From Phoronis australis (lineage: Eukaryota > Animalia > Phoronida), in the NCBI GenBank assembly GCA_002633005.1, contig NMRA01000081.1, forward strand, positions 687,799-751,798: a stretch of 64,000 nucleotides of DNA. Reading direction: 5' to 3'. Of the stretch, positions 25,900 through 37,987 are shown piece after piece (the stretch's first letter is position 1; every line of letters starts with the position of its first letter). A program made the translations under genes and the position numbers. The notes under the pieces are model-generated. The model had not been told where the DNA came from and searched no databases. It saw only the letters and a list, made by a program, of their open reading frames with translations.

Positions 25900-26570
25900 C
25901 AGTTGAAAAGAACAGAAAAATGGTATTACAAAGGTGCGGAGTTGAAAACTTGCAGTTACTATAAATATTTAGGGATTGTATTTAATAGTACAATAAGTTG
26001 GACAACGTGCTGCAGAACACTCGCACATATGACAAGCAACGCAAGACATCTGGGGAGATATTTTTTGCGTCAAATGGAACATTGCTAACTTTTAATTTGT
26101 TTGACACAATGACAGCACCCACTTAAGTCTATGAAGCAGAATTGTGGAAGGCAACTGCAGGGTCAAAATAACTGATATACCTATATCAAAAACGTATTGT
26201 ATACAACTGGTTTCAGTCTTGTATGGTTGAACTAAGGAGTCGATGATGCCAACGATATTTTTGTCAGAATTCAAACAAAGGCCGAGAGATTTTAACATCC
26301 AAAGTTGGTTTTCTTTAGTACAGAGTACAACTAAGTGTGCAATTTACAGAGGAGTTTGAAGTCTGAGTTTTCTTGCGAAAAATGAACTGATACAAAAGCA
26401 GATATTTTACATAGCGAACATTAAATGTTTGACTCGTAAATTGGAAATGGAAAGCGTTAGAATTGATATTCCCGGAAATGAAAGAGTTTGTAACATTTGT
26501 AAATATAGAAGAGGTTGAGAGTGAAGCGCATTAATTTTCATATTCAGACGTTGTCCAGTTCTGGCAGGGT
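25900..26570 (+). mobile_element. Degraded LINE ORF2 fragment (thumb region and C-terminal Cys motif)
   Basis: YYKYLGIVF (RT thumb motif) in ORF 25846..26088, and IPGNERVCNIC near 26467-26500. Frames broken. Confidence 0.6.
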
Positions 26571-28855
26571 TGAGACAAGCTTCATATCACTTCGCGACGT
26601 CAGAAACAACGATGCCACGCCTCTTTTAAACTCGAGCGCAGTGAACACTTTTAAAAATCATTTGATTTTAAAATATCTAAAAAGGGCAGTGGTGATCAGA
26701 AGCGAAAAGTTGGTCTTGTACTCGTGTATGAAGATTGTATACATAGGTTATTGAATGGTTCTGACGTTATTAAAAGAACTGTGAGAAAGGATATGATTTT
26801 TGGTTAAAGATTTATTGAAAAAACGCATTATTTCGGAATGGGCGATCAAATGCTAACAGGTGTATATTGTTATATGCAAAACGCATTCCCAACGGGTCTC
26901 TCTAAGCTTTTTAGTGAGAGATCGGTAGCGATAAAATCTGCCTAACTGAGTACATTTGTAAAGAAAAAAGATGTTTTGAATTTCAGAGATTGTTTGTCAA
27001 TTTCCAGTTTCCCGTCATGGGACGCCATAGGTCGAAACCACGTGAGTGAGCTAGTTGGGTTTCACTTCTGAGATCAGCTTAGTCACGAGTCGGCTCACCA
27101 ACAAATGACAAATATCAAGTCGGGGAAAAAGACGACATTTTGTGAATCTGTGACAAGTGAGGAATCACTACTACAGTTGCCTGGGCCAGACACTCCGACT
27201 CAGGAGAACCCTCCGCGGAAAATCTCGATTATCGGATCAATTTACTAAAAAAGCAGCAGAAATGATGCCCATGTATAGTTCAAAACCAGAAACGGTTGCT
27301 TGGTACTGGTTTTGATGGCCGACATTACGAGATAACGTGATGCCTTTGGTTCTAAAAATGCGTGGTACCTATGGCCATATATCAGTAAGATAATTATGCG
27401 CGCTAGTGGAGCAAATGGAAATGAAAATTTTGTTTGACTATAATGCCGATGATCTGCTAGGGAGTATCTAGCCCCCTTCCGACCCTGAGCACGCAGTCGG
27501 CTTCGTGCAAGTCTCTACACAGTGACACATAACCAGTATAGATGTCGTCCGACGTGGCACAGTCATTTTATTTTTCATTTTTCATGTTATTTCTTGTTTG
27601 AAAAAACAACATTGTTTACCTTAAATTAACATAAAATTTGTTCATTTAAGAATATTTGGCCCGTTTAAAGACTAAACCACCACTCTACGGCCAGTGTGAG
27701 GCTGAGAATTCCTTTCATAAACCAGGCTTCAAAATATGCGATGAATGAACTTTTAAAAATTGTTAACTGAGCAATTTATTTTCAGAAGCAACGCGAGCTT
27801 TCCAATTTAAGCTAATACTAGTCTACATTGTGTTGTACATGGTTTCTATTACAATAAAGAACAGCCTCCAGTACCATAAATACCGTAAAGCTGACATTTA
27901 TCACAATTACATTATATGCAAATACATTATTTACATAGCGATAAGGGTTTCATGCGTTTGTTTTATTTATATCGATTTGTCCTCTTGATCAATCTTTACC
28001 TGGCGATGACATTTGCCTATCGTCTGAGTTCGGAGAAGTTACTTCAAGTATCGGAAGTTAGTACTACGTTCACATGAGTGGCGAAAACGATAACAGTTTC
28101 ACTGACTAAAAGCGCCCAGTGAAAACGTCAGCATGTGTAGTTGGTATTATGACCACTTCGGAGGTACGTCCACTGGGATTTATTTGTTACAGCTAAGTTT
28201 CTATTTCAGTTAAGCCATTAGGGAAATATTTCAATGATTCAAAAGATTTCTACCATATAAAGACGAAGGTTTTAGAATATGGATCTGTCACACTTGCTGT
28301 GGAAAATTTTGCCAGGCATTCATCCAAAATTATTCATCTTTATATATTATAATTAATTAGACCTTTTTGTCGTTTGGTAAAATTACATTCTTCTGTAAAA
28401 ATTCAGAATGCAGTGACATTTATGGAAGATGCGATAAACTACTCCAAGTACATGTATCTATCCGAAATTAACAGGTAAAGGTTATCTGATAGATAAAAAA
28501 TGAACAGACATCTATTACGTATCTTTGAAAGGTACTGTGGTAGAAATGTAGGATTTTCCATAAATTTTTTCATCAGAAAGTAAAAGTTGTAAATCTTGAT
28601 ACATGTTGTGTACATGTATGTTACCGTAAACAAGAGACATTGAAACATATTTTTACGATTGCTATGTTGCTAAAGCAAATGGATCTGGAAAATAACGATA
28701 TTCATGAAAAGAGACAATGTTATATTGAACACATTTTGCGTAGTTGTCATTGTCAACATTCAAGAACGAAAAAACGGGTTAACAAAAACGACATCTGGGC
28801 AACAGGTAAACATTGCACAAATGAATTATTATAGAAAAAAATGAAAACAGTAATA

Positions 28856-28888
28856 ACACACACCCACGCACGCACACACACACACACA

Positions 28889-28929
<41 letters not shown>

Positions 28930-28958
28930 ACACACACACACACACACAAGCACACACT
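28856..28958 (+). repeat. (CA)n microsatellite, interrupted
   Basis: Directly visible. Confidence 0.97.
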
Positions 28959-30749
28959 CTTAGCTAAACAATTATGAGTAATTTTCGAAAGTTACGTAAG
29001 CACACCTGTTTTAGGGCCTAAACTTTTCATTTAGGTCAAATATAACTTCTTTCCATAAAGTACTGGAAAATGATTTTAACACCCAAAAATTTCTTGTTGA
29101 AAAACTCCTGATAGTCGAAAGTGGTTCTACGACTGGAGCTGAAAATATATCAGAGGCTAATTACTTCTGCAACCGCCTTAGGGCCACAGGTCGGTGCTTA
29201 TAAAAATTGCCAGTGTAATTGTCGGATTTGTTGACTAATTTTACCGAGAAATCGCTGTTTGTATGGAACGGCCGTACCTCAAGAGACTAGCTTGATAAAC
29301 ACTAATAACAATATGAAATTGAAACAATGAAACTAGGCTTGATTTCATAACTACAACTCTCGATCAAAACTCAGTCGAGCAGGCAGCTGGAAATTCTCAG
29401 GGCAAACTCTCGCGGTTAATCTCGGTGTTGCAATAGAATACTTAGATCACGTGCGGCAATCCAAGGCTAGATCTATTTCCCAATTTCTCTCTCCCCCTGA
29501 CCAGTGCATTGTTATTAAATAACAACGTTTCAACTGTAACTGTACAACAAGACTTGTTAGAAGCAATAGCTTGCTGTGTAAATCTTTTGCTACTGCTTAT
29601 ACGCACATGGATATTAATTTGATGACTGAAAATATTGAAGATTGTTATTTAAAAGGATACTAAACCCTGTTTTGACGATTTAAACCAAGCCTCGTTCTGC
29701 CACCTAGTAATGTATCATTGGCGTCCCATGTGAGTGAAAAAATCAGGCTTCAACGAAAACATACCCTCTACCTCACAGATAGGATTTTATGGTTCTTGGT
29801 GGATGGTCTTTCCCAATAGTTGTAACTCTCTAGAGGTCGCGCTTACCCGTTTAGCCGACTTTGAAAGGAATTTTCAAATTGACTGGAAACATTTGAAGGT
29901 TGTCGAGAGTTACATAGCATTATTTAGTTTTAGAGAAATCTCTGTTAATAGGCCAAAACTGGGTTTGGTATCCTCAATATTGAATAACTCTGTACTGCAA
30001 GAGATAATTGTCCAGTTATGAAATACACGTCACCGGTAGATCGGCGATACTGAGTAATAGAACCATCGAGTGGTGGCCTGCTAAAAAGTACGTTGTTCGA
30101 CAGCGATTCGGTCAAAATTGTTACATTCATCTGAATGCTGTCGAACGGGTCTGAGCTCAGTCATCTCACATGACAGTCATCTCCCAATAACTACACTAGC
30201 TAAACTTTATACACCTCTTAGTGGACGCTTTAACAAGCTGAACACCCGCACGTGTGGACCACCATTTTACTCGCACTGTACTCATCCGGTGCACGGAGGA
30301 TATGCATATACCTTCTGACACAGCAACACCTATACTGAAAAAGTAACCCTGGTGGAAACATGACGGCATTCCGTGTGTGGGCATCAATGCGCATGCTTGA
30401 ACGGAAGTTAACCGATCACATCGCCACCACTTATATATCTGTAATAACATGTCTAAGTATTGGAATACTTATTTTAGATACTACTTAATTGTATATACCT
30501 CTATGTATGTAAGTTTCATTTATGAATTGTTTACAACCCAGATATAATGCTTCGCGGTTTCTGGGTTTGTTATTATTTCTCTGTCTGTTCTGTGTATCCT
30601 TCAATAAATATGTATCACAGTAACATCGCCGCCACTTGCACACGCCTTCTATGCACTGTACTTGTTTGGGCTTAAGCCATTAGATTGCGGTTTCCTTGAT
30701 TTGTGTTTACTTCTATCACTGCCCGTTTTAATGAATTGCAACTATTAGT

Positions 30750-30865
30750 CAAGCCAATGGTGGTCACCATACTACGTAACAGTAAACTGAAAGGGGTTTC
30801 CCAGATTTCAACCAATAGGAATGACTGAATGTTATGACGTCGGTTCCATTACTTTAACCAATGAA
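30750..30865 (+). promoter_or_regulatory. Cluster of three same-strand CCAAT boxes and a CRE-like site directly upstream of the zf-MYND start codon
   Basis: CCAAT at 30754, 30812 and 30858; ATGACGTC at 30834-30841. Confidence 0.4.
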
Positions 30866-30926
30866 AAGCCATGTTGAACAACATTCCGCATTACAATCTT
30901 TCGTAGCACTGTGAAAGAGTGTAGAT

Positions 30927-31095
30927 ATGTGTGTGGTTCAGTCCCAATATGTAACAGCCAAAGTGTACGTCTTGACAAAACCGAGAAAGTTTCATGGGCT
31001 TATCCTACTGTTTCAAAGGGTGCTCGCTCACATTGCCGACCCCGTCTTTTTGCATGCCAGTAAGGCTCAATTCAACGATGTGTTATTTTTAACGG
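30927..31095 (+). CDS. zf-MYND gene, coding exon 1 (MCVVQSQYVTAKVYVLTKPRKFHGLILLFQRVLAHIADPVFLHASKAQFNDVLFLT)
   Basis: ATG at 30927 with an in-frame upstream TGA at 30912 and an acceptor (atctttcgtag|) at 30906. Donor CGG|gtcaga at 31096 is phase 1, matching the phase-1 entry of the 31830 exon. The donor is only moderately consensus. Confidence 0.6.
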
Positions 31096-31829
31096 GTCAG
31101 AGATCACCGCGTCAATGAATTCGTTTCAAAGCTGGTCAGTTTATGGGTTGTTTAATAATTCCACTTAATAGAATGAACTTAAATTTAACATTCAGTCAGA
31201 GTCACAAACAATGAATAGGTTGTAAGTAGCACCTTAAGGCAAGTCAGCCGTAACAGCAAGATAAAGCCCCAGGGGGTAGTCAACAATGTTTTTACGGGAT
31301 GCTGCTAGGGATTCCCACTTATCATAGAGATGTAGACGCTAGAGTTCTGTGCCACCCATTTAGAGAGTGCAATCCAAAAAGGAATTCATTTGCTGAGAAC
31401 GGTCTTTTGTAACTGTTGGTTGTTTTTCGTAGGAATTCTCGGGCAGTTTAATTCTTACAGTACAAGAAGAGATACCGTGTTGTCTAAAATGAGTACGTCA
31501 CCGTGACCAACAACAGCTTCAAAAATGTGGCATCACAAATCCCACCATAGAGTTGGAAAAGGGAACCCTAATTCTGCAGGGTTTCAAATTCTCACAATGA
31601 GCCTTTTGTAGAGAATTTTGTCGGAGAAGGCATGTTATGACGGTAGGGAATTTTTTTTGAAAAGGCATCCTTTCGTAGGGAAACTGGTCTTGAAAAATTC
31701 GCCATTCTGATCAGCACGTCCCGTGTACCTCTTCTATGGGATCTTCTATGGGAGAAGCATCTGCGAGAAACTAAACAGTAATATCCCCTGGCTGAAGGTG
31801 CTCTTAAAAGTAAATTTCTTTTGTTTCAG

Positions 31830-32411
31830 TTTATAGCCAGCGTACAAATGTAGGTGGCGAACCATCAGATGTCGCTGCAGCAGACGGAGTCATGGAGAGA
31901 TTGTTGCAAGAGTTTCCAAATCATAACTGGTTGGAACATAAAATTTCATGGTTAAAGACGGCTAGTTGTAAAAGTGCAGAGTCAGAAAAAGCAGACGATA
32001 ACAGCTCACCGAAAAAGGATGAAGAGCAAAGTAACATCACTTGCCAAATAAAAGACATTGTTGCCAGTGACAGTGGAGATATAAAGACACGATCAGCCGG
32101 AATGTCCATTGAAACCTCAAGCGAAAGTGTCGCTGTTGCCGAATTAAGTTGTAGGAAAAAGGGCGATATAGGAAATACTTCGATGGGGATGATCGCGAAG
32201 GAATGTGACCGCGATCTCACGAAAAGGAGTATTAATACGTCCTACGACAATGTGGCTAAGTTTAAAATTGTCTCCGTTTACAGTGTTGATAAAAACACTT
32301 TCGTTAATGACGTTCAAGACAGTAGCGATAACAAAGACTTCGTTGTCTGCAATATTAGGGATAAGAGTACAAACGCACTCAAGAATGATGATGATGGAGG
32401 TGGTGATAAAA

Positions 32412-32442
<31 letters not shown>

Positions 32443-32550
32443 GGATGATGACGACGACGATGAAGTTGACGATAATGACGATGACGATGATATTGCAGAG
32501 AATACACTCGTAATCTCTGAGGACAACCCAGAGGAGAATGCACTTGGCAG
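31830..32550 (+). CDS. zf-MYND gene, coding exon 2 (includes acidic poly-Asp/Glu tract)
   Basis: Acceptor tttcttttgtttcag| at 31829, donor CAG|gttagt at 32551. 721 nt, phase 1-2, in the frame of ORF 31892..32653. Confidence 0.8.
32384..32490 (+). repeat. Coding (GAT/GAC)n trinucleotide repeat, poly-Asp
   Basis: Directly visible, in frame within zf-MYND exon 2. Confidence 0.9.
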
Positions 32551-34173
32551 GTTAGTTGCATCTTATCATCCCATATATTCCTATTCATTGAAGACAAATA
32601 ATAACAGCAACTGTGACACAATAAGTATTTTATGGACGCCAATTTCTGGGTGACAGGTACGCTTATTAAAATACAAGCTGACCGCTAACCTTAGTCGAAA
32701 TCGCGCACTTCATGCTGAAAAAAATCACGAAAACGGCGATGAATCATCCCGTTTGAGCAGTGAGCATTATGGGCGGCCAATCTACCTCCCTCACAGTCCA
32801 CACGTGCGCTCCCATTAACAGTGTCACTTTATTATTGACACAATTCCGTTTCTTACGAGCTGTATTTCTTTTCTCATCAACCACAATTCGGCTCTTGTTA
32901 CCTCAGCTCTTTCTCATAACCGCTTTAAAAAGGTCGCTAGTAATAGCTATTCCTTGTCCACAAACGCAGTGCTTTTCTCACGTACCATAGCCTGACAGTG
33001 TTCATACATACAGTCAAAATGCCTTGTTCCACTATGGAATAAATATGCAGTATGATAACATTTGTACATCCTATTTAAATTTTAATCCTCATTTTTTCGT
33101 CAACTCTCGTGCTATAACCATGTCACCTGACCGTACAATATCCTAAGTTATTACACGGACACATGACACGGTTATAGCTTGGAATGTATTTATACAGCAC
33201 TAACGCTACTTCCAGAATGGCAAAGATTCGCAAACTGCATTTGTTTATCGTATCTCAAATTTTAACGTTTGGGACTCATTTCGCGCTCGTGATTTCGTCG
33301 ATAGTACTAATTGTCCTCCGGTCTCGAGCGGAGAAACACAAAGTCAACCTCCAACTCAGTTTAGGTGTTTAAAAGCATTCGCTGTAGTACTTTCAAGGAT
33401 ATATGTGCAAATTTGCGTCTTCCTAAATTTCATTCTGCATGGATCTCGTCTTTGTTTAGTAATAAAGCGCCATTTAACCATGGAGTAAGTCCACCTGAAA
33501 TCACTGAAGTCCCACGAAATGATAATTGTTCGGGAGATAAGAACCCCGTTCATAATAAACGAAATGTGGCCAACGGAAAAGAACTGAATTAGTAAGAACC
33601 GAATTCCACTTGATTAGAAAAGAGCTACGCCTCGAAAGAAACAAGTCGAGAGGTAGCTGTTAATTGCAACAGAAGAAGGAAGACTGGTGGCCTTGAAAAG
33701 AGGAAATTTTGCCATTTAATCTCATTTGAAAATAAAAGCACCGATATCTTCAAGCCAAGCTTTCTTATATTTGACATTTTTGCAAAAATGGTTCAACGGT
33801 ATCATAAAAAACATTTTTCCAAGTTCCATCAATCACCAAAAAGATAAGTTTAACGCGCGTAGGAATCTCTCGTGTCAGCACCCTTTTTACGTCATTTCAG
33901 GTATATGTAAAGGCTAGCATTATATAATAGTATGACAGCTCAGTTTGTACTAACGTGTTTGACTTGTTAATGTTACTATTATATTATTTATTATAAGACT
34001 GTCGTGTTATTCGCAGGGAGGGGTTGCGGCCGTAGCTAGCTCCTGAGTAACAAAGATTTTACTTAGTAATCTAAATCAATGACGTCGGCCATCAACAAAG
34101 TTACAAAAGTTTTATCTTGATGGTTTAATTGGATATTTTGACCCTTCGAGGTGTGGAAAGAGTTCCATAATCG

Positions 34174-34518
34174 CGTCTCTAAATTGCAGCTACGATCCCC
34201 TGAACTTCAGTACCGGACCAGCAGACACCAAACTGGTGGTACAAAACTCCAGACACGCACAACTTAACTCTGAGGCCACACGCGTGGGAACCAAAATGCC
34301 ATTCGCGGGATTCAAATTCTATGACCTCACCTCAAAATTACAGCTTAGGCTTATGGGTTAGACGTGCGACCATATAATATGGTTTCCAGGCCTGGAAATT
34401 CGGTCACCGGTTGTGCAGCATTTTCGGTGGAGTTTAGTGTGCTGATCTGGGTATTTGTACCGTAAGTCAAGTGTCTGCTGGTCCGGCACTGAAGGTCGTA
34501 ACTGGAATTCAGAGGCGC
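34174..34518. mobile_element. MITE-like inverted repeat in zf-MYND intron 2
   Basis: cttcagtaccggaccagcagacac (about 34205) versus gtgtctgctggtccggcactgaag (about 34471). Confidence 0.7.
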
Positions 34519-34840
34519 TGTTATGCAATTCATGCGCGCACCCAGTCTTCGATTTGGGGGTGGGCTCGAATTCCTGACGTTGTGGACCTTTTGGTAACAA
34601 AAAAGCGGGCGGTCTAAAAAAAAACGGGCCGGGGCACCACTGTGAATTGCGCGTTTGTGCCTTTGTGCTATTTAGTGGANCCCCTCGCCCTCGCCCCCCT
34701 GGGTTCGCGCATGCAATTGTTTCCCCCTTTGCTCTTAGGAAGGTCGATTATCTCGACAACAATTGTAAGGACCCGTCACCACATCTGTTTCACTTCAGTT
34801 AATCAGGTTCTTTGAGGTTACTTCTTTGCTACTATTACAG

Positions 34841-34893
34841 CGTGGACGCCAGAGAACGAAATGAAGAGTGTGACGAGATCCTGACAAAAAGCG
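34841..34893 (+). CDS. zf-MYND gene, 53-nt coding exon 3 (SVDARERNEECDEILTKS)
   Basis: Acceptor ttctttgctactattacag|, donor GCG|gtaagt. Phase 2-1, exactly what is needed to bridge exon 2 (phase 2) to exon 4 (phase 1). Open frame. Confidence 0.75.
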
Positions 34894-34914
34894 GTAAGTT
34901 GTCTGGTAGATTAA

Positions 34915-35030
34915 CTGGCAATATAGTCTGATATAACGTGCCCACATTTTGAGAACCAGTTTGATGCCCGTTGTTTAGTGGGGGAAAACTGGTTCTCAAA
35001 ATTTGGGCACGTTATATCGTACCATTACCG
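34915..35030. mobile_element. Hairpin mini-element, same family as 317-430
   Basis: gatataacgtgcccacattttgagaaccagttt pairs almost perfectly with aaactggttctcaaaatttgggcacgttatatc. Confidence 0.75.
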
Positions 35031-37359
35031 ATTAACTTCAGGATACCTCATTTTAACAAAAAATGTTCTTTCAAAAATATGGACTCCACATGCTGCAAAA
35101 TATATGAGAATTTTAAGTAAATTTGATTTCATTGCATAGTTACAGTTTTATTGTGAAAATCACCGCTTTTTGAAAGGCTTTTACGTACACGACCGGTTTG
35201 TTTACGCGCAATCAAATCTTGCGCCACGCGTTTTCCCAATTCGACGGATTCGATTGGATTCGACTGCCTTTTAAAGCCCTCGCTCAATCGACAAAATTCA
35301 TTTTTAACACGCGAAATACATGTGAACGTCAGCGTGCTCTTTTATACTTTTATTCCATTTGCTATGAGACCAACCCATCACCAGCCCAATTTAAAGTCGA
35401 AAAATCGAGGTCACGCAAGCGTGAACCGAAGCTCTTCACATCATCAGTGGGTCAGTTGGCAACGAGCAACATAGATGAAATTGTTTGGCAGAGAAGAAAA
35501 TGCGCGAGAAAAATCGAGTTCGTGAAAATTGGACATGGAATTAGGTGGTTACATTTATATAATACGACAACGAATCATTAGTAGCTGAGCCACATCGTGC
35601 CGACCCAGCAAACAGAACGTCGACTCCGCCTGGTATTCATCAACTCCGCTCGCACATACATGTAGAACTCGTCTCTGAAGCATGAAGTCTGACTTCTCAT
35701 TTCCAGATAAAAATTAGACATTAAAATGTTAATGACCTATTTAAAACACTTACTGTAAAGAAGGATTTAAAAATGGTGCACCTGTTCGCATGACAGGTGA
35801 CGCTGAGCGGCAAGTGTTCGGAGATAACTGGTACTTGTAGATTTATCGTCAGTGGACAGTGGCGCTTTGACAAATGAAGGGGTAGGTAGGAAATTTTCAG
35901 GTCGATCTCCACAAATCAAATTCAAACTTAGAAATTTAGTCTGTGAGGAAAGCATGAAATTTAGCTCTAAGTAAAACTGCGGACAAATCCAGAAATCGCT
36001 GTCACCGACTTGTTGCGGGTTCGTGATTAGTCTAAATTTTGTTCAGAACAATGGCGAGTGTAGCTAAATATTTCCTACCTGCTCAAATTTATTTTTCACT
36101 CGCAGATTCACTGAGAAGGTGAAATAGAACAGTTTCCAAAGCAGACAGCGATCACATTGGGCGGGGAACTGACTATTACCTGATCACCACCGGATCGCTT
36201 TGTGATAATTGCGTAGGCCTAATCATTAAGCATATGGAACGGGCATATCATCTTTACAAATTGTGTGCCACAACGAAGTTACCTTTATTAGACAGTACCT
36301 TGTATCACAACTACGAAGGCAAAGTCAAACGTCTGTGCAGTCGTGCGACGTATGATTGACAGCCGAAGTGCGTTAGCGGTGTAGGATTCCAAGCGACAGA
36401 TCTAAGTTAGGAGCCTTTCGGTTAGCAAGGCGTGATGAAAGTTTGCTTTACGCCAAACTTTCTTTTGAAAGATATCTCAAATCATTTTGTTGTTTTTTTT
36501 GACTAAGCAAAGTTCATCCTGACCTCGTCCAGTTCAATGGAAACGACATGACGGCAGCCATGGATTTCGTGATTCTCCGCATTTCCTTGAATTTTTGGTA
36601 GTACGAAGTGTCAAAATGATCGATACATATATATATTTACTGGTCTTTGCGTCTTGTCGCTAGTCCTTTCTTGCTGTCGACAGAATCTTATACCGCGAAA
36701 AGCAATAACATACAACCGCGTCTGACTTACGGCAACCCAAGACCCTCTCGACAACGGCATCCCCTTACCGAACGTTACCACAACCTTTCAGCATGCTGGC
36801 AACGTCTCAACATTTAATCGGCATCAGTCCCGATGACTTTTACCCTTCGTTAGTGTTTCCATATTTTCAAAAATATTGTGATGAGATTCTGGGGAACGTC
36901 CACAAGGCCGGTGTCCACTGGCTTCTAAGCCGCAATGCATTTTTGTTTACAGTTGCGTCGTGTCGATGATGTCATCATACTCCTTTAAACTGATTTTCGA
37001 GAAAATTTATAGGGCACCCAAAGTGGGCACCAACTTGGTTAGAAGTAAAATGCCCTGCAATTAATATGTTACAGAAGGAAGTAAAATACGACAATTGGGT
37101 ATTCAAATTACGTGTATATCAAGTGTAAAATTGATACTTTGCCCAACATGCGTAGTCTTTAAAGGCGAAGGCAACCTTTTTCCATGTCATTTTGAGCTAA
37201 AATAAGGTTGGTTGGTTATCCTAGACATATTTTCCACTTAATTACAGCTTTTCGTAATTTTACAAATTACTCGTCCGCTACTCCGGAAGTGACGTTTTAG
37301 GAGGCAAGCGTTTCCCGCCACTTGGTTTTGCGTTGACTTTACCGTGCGAATCTGTTCTA

Positions 37360-37619
37360 NNNNNNNNNNNNNNNNNNNNNNNNNNNNNNNNNNNNNNNNN
37401 NNNNNNNNNNNNNNNNNNNNNNNNNNNNNNNNNNNNNNNNNNNNNNNNNNNNNNNNNNNNNNNNNNNNNNNNNNNNNNNNNNNNNNNNNNNNNNNNNNNN
37501 NNNNNNNNNNNNNNNNNNNNNNNNNNNNNNNNNNNNNNNNNNNNNNNNNNNNNNNNNNNNNNNNNNNNNNNNNNNNNNNNNNNNNNNNNNNNNNNNNNNN
37601 NNNNNNNNNNNNNNNNNNN
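37360..37619. other. Assembly gap (260 N) within zf-MYND intron 3
   Basis: Run of N. Confidence 1.
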
Positions 37620-37630
37620 GTAAATTAAAT

Positions 37631-37987
37631 GGGGGAAATGTCGCCGTAAATTAAGCTCGTAAAATACCTTACCAACGTTCCAAATTTAAACCAATCAGTG
37701 ATGACCTAACATACACAACTGTTGCTGGGCAGCTCGTTCTTGCACAATCGCTGACATGGCAGCAGCGATTTGATCCGCCATGATTCAGCGCTCGTATCGT
37801 AGACATGAAACCCGCCAGTATATAAGTATTTTCATGAGCGCGCGCGATCTTGAATTGTAAAACCCAACGTCATTGGTTAATAGTTTAAACTAAATTACGA
37901 GCGTAATTTTACGGCGTAATTAACGGCGTAAATAACGGCGTAATGTATACCATTACGCTCGTATTTTTCCGGCGACACTTTCCCCCC
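37631..37987. mobile_element. MITE-like element with TIR GGGGGAAA(G)TGTCGCCG
   Basis: gggggaaatgtcgccgtaaa versus tttccggcgacactttccccc. Subterminal ttacggcgta / ttacgagc repeats. Confidence 0.7.

Noticed and set aside
28753-28953. VC-repeat ORF
   Set aside because: Translation of the (CA)n microsatellite.
32205-32642. Poly-Met, poly-Ser and poly-His ORFs
   Set aside because: Alternative-frame and antisense readings of the coding (GAT)n poly-Asp tract.
32551-32653. C-terminal end of ORF 31892..32653 (and 43264-43299 of the 989-aa ORF) as true protein ends
   Set aside because: Both run past good splice donors; they are best read as intron read-through.
37333-37628. ORFs of X residues
   Set aside because: Artefact of the N gap.
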